Below, piece by piece: positions 59,072-64,000 of a stretch of 64,000 nt of DNA. Each line of letters opens with the position of its first letter. The first letter of the stretch is position 1. The position numbers and the translations under genes were made by a program. Source of the stretch: a virus (Duplodnaviria; Caudoviricetes); the IMG/VR virus record IMGVR_UViG_3300043093_000048, positions 201,110 through 265,109 of that record. The stretch is one strand, 5' to 3'. The notes below the pieces were generated by a model. The model did not search any database. It saw nothing but the letters and a program-made list of their open reading frames with translations, and had not been told where the DNA came from.

Positions 59072-59083
59072 TAATTGATAGTT
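59072..59083 (-). promoter_or_regulatory. late-type promoter AACT-N6-TA
   Basis: Minus strand AACT ATCAAT TA. Confidence 0.55.
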
Positions 59084-59109
59084 TAATTATAAATTTATTT
59101 TATCAAAAT

Positions 59110-59129
59110 AAGTATATATTATTAAAGTG
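59110..59129 (+). promoter_or_regulatory. early promoter AAGTATATATTAT-N4-GTG
   Basis: Consensus match heading the 59233-60299 cluster. Confidence 0.7.
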
Positions 59130-59232
59130 GTATATTAATAATATCTACAATATTTTTACTTAATGAGGTGAATAAACATATGTATGTTAAAACAATTTTT
59201 ATTATAAGTAAATAAAAGAAAGAGGTGATAAT

Positions 59233-59520
59233 ATGAAAAATTCTTATGCTAAGAATATTAAAAATTTTACAGTAGGTATTAAAGATGGATTAGATGATCT
59301 TACAATATTAGTTTCTAATTTTTATGATGATGAAAATAAGATAAGTATTGTTAAGAATCCTTCAAATGGAAATGTTCTAACACTTAGAACTAAATCTGTA
59401 GATATAGAAGGAAATATACCAAAGGCATATCTATCTTTAAATAATTTTAAAAAATTAGGTTGTGAAATAGGTGGAGACACTATTAGTACTATCTTAAATA
59501 ATGGAGGAACTTTAATATGA
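59233..59520 (+). CDS. hypothetical early protein
   Basis: GAGGTG RBS; overlaps the next gene (ATGA coupling). Confidence 0.7.
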   Translation: MKNSYAKNIKNFTVGIKDGLDDLTILVSNFYDDENKISIVKNPSNGNVLTLRTKSVDIEGNIPKAYLSLNNFKKLGCEIGGDTISTILNNGGTLI

Positions 59521-59948
59521 TAGTAAAACAAATAAAAGATATAAGTGAAATAGAAGAAGCTACTTTTGAAGTTTTATCGCAATACACTAATATGCCTTCT
59601 ATTAAAAATTTTGATAATGATAGTAAAGAAGATACATTTGAATTTGGTATTGATAGAGAAATTAATGATTTTGATACAAAAGAAAACTTTGATTCTTTAG
59701 GAATAGTTAAGCTTAATAAAAGAGTATATCCTTATGTAGTAAAAATACTTTTTAAAGTAGATAATGTAATTGAATTAGTTAGTGATTTAACAGAATATAA
59801 AGATGTACTTAATAAGCATATTATTAAATCAGAAGAAATTAAAAATATTTTATTTGAAAAGACTAAAAAATTCTGTGATTTAAATAATATAGATATATCT
59901 ATATTAAATGAATTATTAACAGAAAAGATAGAAGAGGAGAAAAATTAA
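59517..59948 (+). CDS. hypothetical early protein
   Basis: GGAGG RBS, translationally coupled. Confidence 0.7.
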   Translation: MIVKQIKDISEIEEATFEVLSQYTNMPSIKNFDNDSKEDTFEFGIDREINDFDTKENFDSLGIVKLNKRVYPYVVKILFKVDNVIELVSDLTEYKDVLNKHIIKSEEIKNILFEKTKKFCDLNNIDISILNELLTEKIEEEKN

Positions 59949-60299
59949 ATGGAAAAATTTAAAATGGAGCTTGAAGAATATAGAAAATTAATTGGTTATA
60001 TTAGTGAATTAGAAAAACATCCCGATCCATGTAAAAGATGTTCAATGATAAATTATTGTGGATGCTTTAGTATAAGTCCTACTAGCTGTAATGAATATAA
60101 TGATTATCAATTATTTAGAAATAAACTAAATGAAACATTAGATAATCCAAGTATTCTAGACGAAGAAAATGTTAAAAAGTTTATTAAAAATCATTTAGAA
60201 ATTCATGAAATGCATCAAAAAAAGAAATTATTAGATCAAGGAATTGACAAATTAGTAAATAAAAATAATGAATTAATTGAAACATATGTAAAAGAATAA
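59949..60299 (+). CDS. hypothetical protein with Cys cluster and coiled coil
   Basis: PCKRCSMINYCGC...C; GAGGAG RBS. Confidence 0.7.
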   Translation: MEKFKMELEEYRKLIGYISELEKHPDPCKRCSMINYCGCFSISPTSCNEYNDYQLFRNKLNETLDNPSILDEENVKKFIKNHLEIHEMHQKKKLLDQGIDKLVNKNNELIETYVKE

Positions 60300-60329
60300 A
60301 TTATAATTAAATTAATAAATTATAATAAA

Positions 60330-60373
60330 AACTCTAATGACTATTTTAAAAGTCATTAGAGTTCTTTTTTTTT
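60330..60373. terminator. bidirectional terminator
   Basis: AACTCTAATGACT/AGTCATTAGAGTT stem plus T tract. Confidence 0.75.
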
Positions 60374-60500
60374 ATCCGTGTAGTACCTTTGGCTTTGGTA
60401 AATCTTTAATAGAGTGAATACCATCTCCAATTACAATAGTGCCATCTTCTAGAATTACCTGTTCACCACTTTCAGGAATTCTATCTTTTTCATTTTCCAT
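60372..60500 (-). CDS. 42-aa microprotein resembling a stand-alone Mtd-N/hyaluronidase-N tail-fibre module
   Basis: Below the ORF-track cutoff: MENEKDRIPESGEQVILEDGTIVIGDGIHSIKDLPKPKVLHG; GGAG RBS, late promoter at 60527-60538, terminator downstream. Confidence 0.65.
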   Translation of the reverse strand: MENEKDRIPESGEQVILEDGTIVIGDGIHSIKDLPKPKVLHG

Positions 60501-60586
60501 ATAAACATCTCCATTCATATTTTAATTATTTTTATGTTAAAATAATTTTTTATTATAAAATATATTTAAAAATAAATACTTATACC

Positions 60587-60598
60587 AACAAAATTATA
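60587..60598 (+). promoter_or_regulatory. late promoter AACA-N6-TA for the tRNA
   Basis: AACA AAATTA TA, 8 nt upstream of the tRNA 5' end. Confidence 0.6.
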
Positions 60599-60605
60599 TA
60601 AAGAT

Positions 60606-60682
60606 GGAGGTGTAGCTCAGTCGGTTAGAGCAGAGTCCTTATAAGGCTTGTGTCGTTGGTTCAAGTCCAACCATCTCTACCA
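60606..60682 (+). tRNA. tRNA-Ile (anticodon UAU) with encoded CCA
   Basis: Acceptor GGAGGTG/CATCTCT, D arm GCTC/GAGC, anticodon arm GAGTC-CT TAT AA-GGCTT, T arm GTTGG-TTCAAGT-CCAAC, discriminator A, CCA. Confidence 0.92.
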
Positions 60683-60731
60683 CTTTTTTAAATTTGTTAT
60701 TTGTCATTATTTTTGTTTTTTTATTACTTTT

Positions 60732-60768
60732 TTCCATTAAGACTTTAAAGTCTTAATGGAATTTTTTT
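60732..60768 (+). terminator. terminator after tRNA (30-bp perfect palindrome)
   Basis: TTCCATTAAGACTTT|AAAGTCTTAATGGAA plus T tract. Confidence 0.75.
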
Positions 60769-60790
60769 AATCGTAATAAAAATTATATAA

Positions 60791-60810
60791 AAATATATAT
60801 TATTATTATG
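60791..60810 (+). promoter_or_regulatory. early promoter AAATATATATTAT-N4-ATG
   Basis: Perfect consensus match; drives a ~200-nt unit with only a micro-ORF. Confidence 0.65.
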
Positions 60811-60911
60811 TATAATGTGATATGTATTTATCATGTTTACAAAAAAGAAAGGAGGATATATTTATTATTATATTTTATATTAATTTGAAATCGGAAAGGA
60901 GGCTAGGAAAA

Positions 60912-60962
60912 ATGGGAGATCTCTTTGATGATTGGGAACTAGGAGTAGATTGGGATGATTGA
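60912..60962 (+). CDS. possible 16-aa acidic/aromatic micropeptide MGDLFDDWELGVDWDD
   Basis: AAAGGAGG/AGGA upstream, GC-richer than the flanks, lies between an early promoter and a terminator; the frame is also open from ATG 60822. Confidence 0.35.
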   Translation: MGDLFDDWELGVDWDD

Positions 60963-60979
60963 TTAAAAATACTAATTTT

Positions 60980-61020
60980 AAAATAGATATAACCTTTTAA
61001 AGATTATATCTATTTTTTTT
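60980..61020. terminator. bidirectional terminator
   Basis: AAAATAGATATAA/TTATATCTATTTT stem plus T tract. Confidence 0.65.
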
Positions 61021-62537
61021 TAATAAGTCATAGAATAAATAGCTTGAATTGCTTCATTTTTAACTGTTCTACTAGTTCCACCAGAAACATTAAGTAAATA
61101 GTTTTTAGAATTAATAAGTTCTTCAGCTTCAGCATTAGCTTCTTGTGTAAAAACACCTCTTATTGATACGGTATCGCCATCAAAGTCCCCACCCATTGCA
61201 GCTAAATAATAACTATTAATTCTACAAGTATCTACGAAATAATCATGTTGACCCTTTTTAGATTTTTCTGGATATTCTTCTAATATTAAAGGATATTCTT
61301 CAAAATAATCATTTCCTAAAGTCATTTTACATGTTTTCTGTGTTGAAAGAACTTTAATACGGCTAGGATAGATATTATGAAAGTTAGTAATAGGATATCT
61401 AGTAACATATACATGTTTATTTTCTACAACTTTAATAGCTACTATATATAATAAATCTGTAAGAGTAAAATCTCTCTTTAATTCATTTTTATATAAAGAT
61501 AAATATCTAATAGTTCCTGTATCATCTTTAAAAGAAATTTTATCAAATCTTGCTTCATGATTTTTAATAAATGTATTCATTAATTTTTTTATATGTTCCT
61601 CATCAAAGTTATCCATAAAATGATCTACAGAAGTATTATGTAATTTAGCTTCATCTTTTATTTGGTCTAATCTAGTTTCAAACCAAGATTGAATTTCATA
61701 AACAAAAAAAGGAAAAAATATAGTAATTACTTGTGATAATGGAACACCAGTTTCACCAAATCTTACTTGAGTAGTTTTCCATGTTTGTGAATTTACTTGA
61801 GGACAAGAAATAACTGAACGAGTAGCATAGTCTATAGATTTACCTAATAAACTTCTATGAATTAAACCAGTCTTTTTAGCTAATTGACTAGTACAATAAT
61901 CATAAATTTCTACTAATAAATCTTGTATTAAAGCATCATTATTATATGATAAAAAACTAAAACTAAAATCATCAGATGATTGACAATATCTAATTAATTT
62001 AGAATATAAATCATTAATACTATCTACAGCATCAACTCTTTCATTATTATCTGTAGGAGTAAAGTCTCTAATAAATGGTGGCATTACTAAAAACTTATCA
62101 ATAAATAATTCATTCTTACTTTTTTTAGTTAAAATAGTTATTTTATCATTTCTAGTAAATGAATCAGAAGCTTTCCATTTAATATTATCCCAATTATCAT
62201 AAAGAAATTTTATACCAGTTTCACCATCTTCAGGAGCTTCAACTATTTCTCCTTTACCATTTAATTTAAAATATTTAGTACCATTAATACATTGAGATAG
62301 TTTTCTATTCATAGAAATTAATATTTTATATACTAATGGATGTAAGTATTTCTTTTTTAAATCTATATATCCAAATATATTTTTTCGATCATCAGAACCC
62401 ATTTGACCAAATAATTCTATAGATAGTAAACCATCTTCAGTAGGTTTATTACCAAAATTAAATAATATTGAATTCTTAATTTCTGGACATTTATTTCTTT
62501 TAATAAATGTATCCATATCTAATAAATCTATTTTCAT
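61020..62537 (-). CDS. phage multisubunit RNA polymerase beta'-like catalytic subunit (probably virion RNAP)
   Basis: PTEDGLLSIELFG, FGYIDL, LLGKSIDYATRSVIS, VTRYP and catalytic GGDFDGD; RBS favours ATG 62537; the late promoter implies vRNAP. Confidence 0.92.
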   Translation of the reverse strand: MKIDLLDMDTFIKRNKCPEIKNSILFNFGNKPTEDGLLSIELFGQMGSDDRKNIFGYIDLKKKYLHPLVYKILISMNRKLSQCINGTKYFKLNGKGEIVEAPEDGETGIKFLYDNWDNIKWKASDSFTRNDKITILTKKSKNELFIDKFLVMPPFIRDFTPTDNNERVDAVDSINDLYSKLIRYCQSSDDFSFSFLSYNNDALIQDLLVEIYDYCTSQLAKKTGLIHRSLLGKSIDYATRSVISCPQVNSQTWKTTQVRFGETGVPLSQVITIFFPFFVYEIQSWFETRLDQIKDEAKLHNTSVDHFMDNFDEEHIKKLMNTFIKNHEARFDKISFKDDTGTIRYLSLYKNELKRDFTLTDLLYIVAIKVVENKHVYVTRYPITNFHNIYPSRIKVLSTQKTCKMTLGNDYFEEYPLILEEYPEKSKKGQHDYFVDTCRINSYYLAAMGGDFDGDTVSIRGVFTQEANAEAEELINSKNYLLNVSGGTSRTVKNEAIQAIYSMTY

Positions 62538-62571
62538 TATTAATACACTTCCTTTCACAAATATAAAAGTA

Positions 62572-62618
62572 TAAGATAATGTTGACATATAATTTTTTAA
62601 TATAAAAACTATTATTTA
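62572..62618. promoter_or_regulatory. back-to-back late promoters (62572-62583 minus AACA-N6-TA; 62607-62618 plus AACT-N6-TA)
   Basis: Minus AACA TTATCT TA; plus AACT ATTATT TA (same 16-mer AAAACTATTATTTATA as upstream of 57086). Confidence 0.65.
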
Positions 62619-62651
62619 TAAATATAAAAGAAAGGTAGATGATATTTTACA

Positions 62652-63128
62652 ATGTATTATGATTATGATGATATTTATTTAGAAGGTTATTATGATGCTT
62701 TAGAATATTTAGATGAAAATGCAATTGTAGATTTTGGTGCAGATGTATTTAATGGTACTATACCACTTATAGCTAATAAAAATAAACATACTAAAAAATT
62801 ATATAAAAAAGGAACAAATATAGCTGGAAAATATATAGATAAAGCTACAAAAAGATCCTTTAGTAATGCTTTAGAAAAACATATAAAAAAAGGAAAAAAT
62901 GATGTTAGTCCTGAAGTTGAAGCAAGATATAAAAGATATAAAAATTATAAATATAAAAAATATGGAAAAGCTGCAGTAAGTGTTCCACTTATAGCTCCAA
63001 CCAGCCCAACAAAACTTCCAATTACGGCTGCTGGTATAGGAGCAGGTATTAAAAAAAGTAAAGAACGTAGAAATAAAAAAAGAGCATATGCTGAAGGGTA
63101 TTATGACGCTTTAAATGAAATGTATTAA
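62652..63128 (+). CDS. small basic late protein bracketed by two Y-x-EGYYDAL tags
   Basis: YLEGYYDAL at 62676-62702, YAEGYYDAL at 63087-63113, AAGIGAGI segment. Confidence 0.75.
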   Translation: MYYDYDDIYLEGYYDALEYLDENAIVDFGADVFNGTIPLIANKNKHTKKLYKKGTNIAGKYIDKATKRSFSNALEKHIKKGKNDVSPEVEARYKRYKNYKYKKYGKAAVSVPLIAPTSPTKLPITAAGIGAGIKKSKERRNKKRAYAEGYYDALNEMY

Positions 63129-63136
63129 TAAAAAAT

Positions 63137-63165
63137 TCTCATTATAGGAAATTCCTATAATGAGA
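63137..63165. terminator. bidirectional hairpin between convergent genes
   Basis: TCTCATTATAGGA/TCCTATAATGAGA. Confidence 0.65.
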
Positions 63166-63171
63166 TTTAAT

Positions 63172-63897
63172 TTAAAAATTATGATATGGATTCATAGCTT
63201 TCATATTATATCTATTTAATTCCATAAATTTATTCATATCAATTGGATCTTTTCTATTAGCTAATACATCATTTAAGAAATAATAATCTTCTTCATATTT
63301 AAAATTATACTTCTTAACAAATTGTCTATAATCATTATATGAAATTAAATTAGTATAATCTCCTTCAAGTCTAGATATATAATTTCTATAAAATTTCTTG
63401 ATATCCTGCTCAGTTAATTTATAAATTAAAACACCTGCACCTACTAAAGTTGCACCTGTAAATATAGGTTTACTATATTCACCACCAAGTTTATCTGCCA
63501 CACCTTTTGCAACAACTGCAGTGCCACCTAGCATTAAACCTTTAGAAGTTAAATCTGCTGCATCTTCGTTATAAGTTGTATTTAAAGGATGTTCACATAA
63601 AGGTTTTCTAGATTTACGAAAGTGTTGAATATGCTGAGCTTTATTATTGTCTTTATTATTTTCATCACAATTTGAATCGCAATCCATTGTAGGTTTACTA
63701 CATTTATTAGTCTTTTGTTTACCTGTATTATCTAATATAATTGAATTATAATTTTCTGGATCATCAAAATCAGTCATTCTGTCTCTATATGTAGGATAAA
63801 TATCACTAAGTTTTTCTTTCTTTTCTCTACCGCCTAAAAATATTTTTTTATCTTCAATATTTCCATAAGGTAGATCGTCATAAAAATGTTTTGACAT
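63172..63897 (-). CDS. hypothetical late protein with two Gly-rich hydrophobic segments
   Basis: GLMLGGTAVVAKG and GATLVGAGVLIY after a YNED site; GAGGTG RBS; late promoter at 63923-63934. Confidence 0.7.
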   Translation of the reverse strand: MSKHFYDDLPYGNIEDKKIFLGGREKKEKLSDIYPTYRDRMTDFDDPENYNSIILDNTGKQKTNKCSKPTMDCDSNCDENNKDNNKAQHIQHFRKSRKPLCEHPLNTTYNEDAADLTSKGLMLGGTAVVAKGVADKLGGEYSKPIFTGATLVGAGVLIYKLTEQDIKKFYRNYISRLEGDYTNLISYNDYRQFVKKYNFKYEEDYYFLNDVLANRKDPIDMNKFMELNRYNMKAMNPYHNF

Positions 63898-63922
63898 AAA
63901 ATATCACCTCTCTTTAAAAATA

Positions 63923-63934
63923 TAAGAATATGTT
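63923..63934 (-). promoter_or_regulatory. late promoter AACA-N6-TA
   Basis: Minus strand AACA TATTCT TA. Confidence 0.65.
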
Positions 63935-64000
63935 GAATTCTTATTTATTTAGTTACAAAAATGTGAAAAAAAAAATTCCCTAAGCCAATATGACTTAGGG

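Noticed and set aside
51003-62537. Inteins or introns in the two beta'-like genes
   Set aside because: Both ORFs are continuous and compact with no intein C/S...HN motifs or group I core elements visible.
1-64000. Stop-codon reassignment (alternative genetic code), as seen in some gut jumbo phages
   Set aside because: Genes up to 10.5 kb are open in the standard code, coding density is high and no suppressor tRNA is seen.

Overview
A 64-kb segment of a very AT-rich jumbo phage genome of the phiKZ/AR9 type, which encodes its own split multisubunit RNA polymerases. The window has two beta'-like catalytic subunits (NADYDGD at 51003-52346; GGDFDGD at 61020-62537). It also has a beta C-terminal subunit split by a 401-nt ORF-less group I intron (22174-22574) and probably the N-terminus of a large beta subunit at the left edge. 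Most of the window is a late structural block: two tandem paralogous 2.2-2.3 kaa tail polyproteins carrying cell-wall hydrolase domains, a 3502-aa baseplate-like protein with BspA-type LRRs, a 2947-aa protein with tandem dockerin-like modules, fibre-like proteins and an amidase-fold/PG-binding protein. Interspersed early genes include RNase H, guanylate kinase-like, PolB-like and MazG-like proteins. Two promoter classes can be read directly: early TATATATTAT-N4-RTG and late AAC(A/T)-N6-TA. A tRNA-Ile(UAU) sits behind a late promoter. The dockerin, BspA and SGNH domains suggest a cellulolytic clostridial (Ruminococcus-like) host (inference). The most notable candidates for new biology are: (1) a C39-like peptidase whose Gln/Cys half is in one tail paralogue and His/Asp half in the other, with G-x-G motifs at domain borders; (2) dockerin modules on a probable virion protein; (3) a dispersed family of small late proteins sharing a Y-x-EGYYDAL tag. 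All domain calls are by-eye motif recognition; no database search was run.
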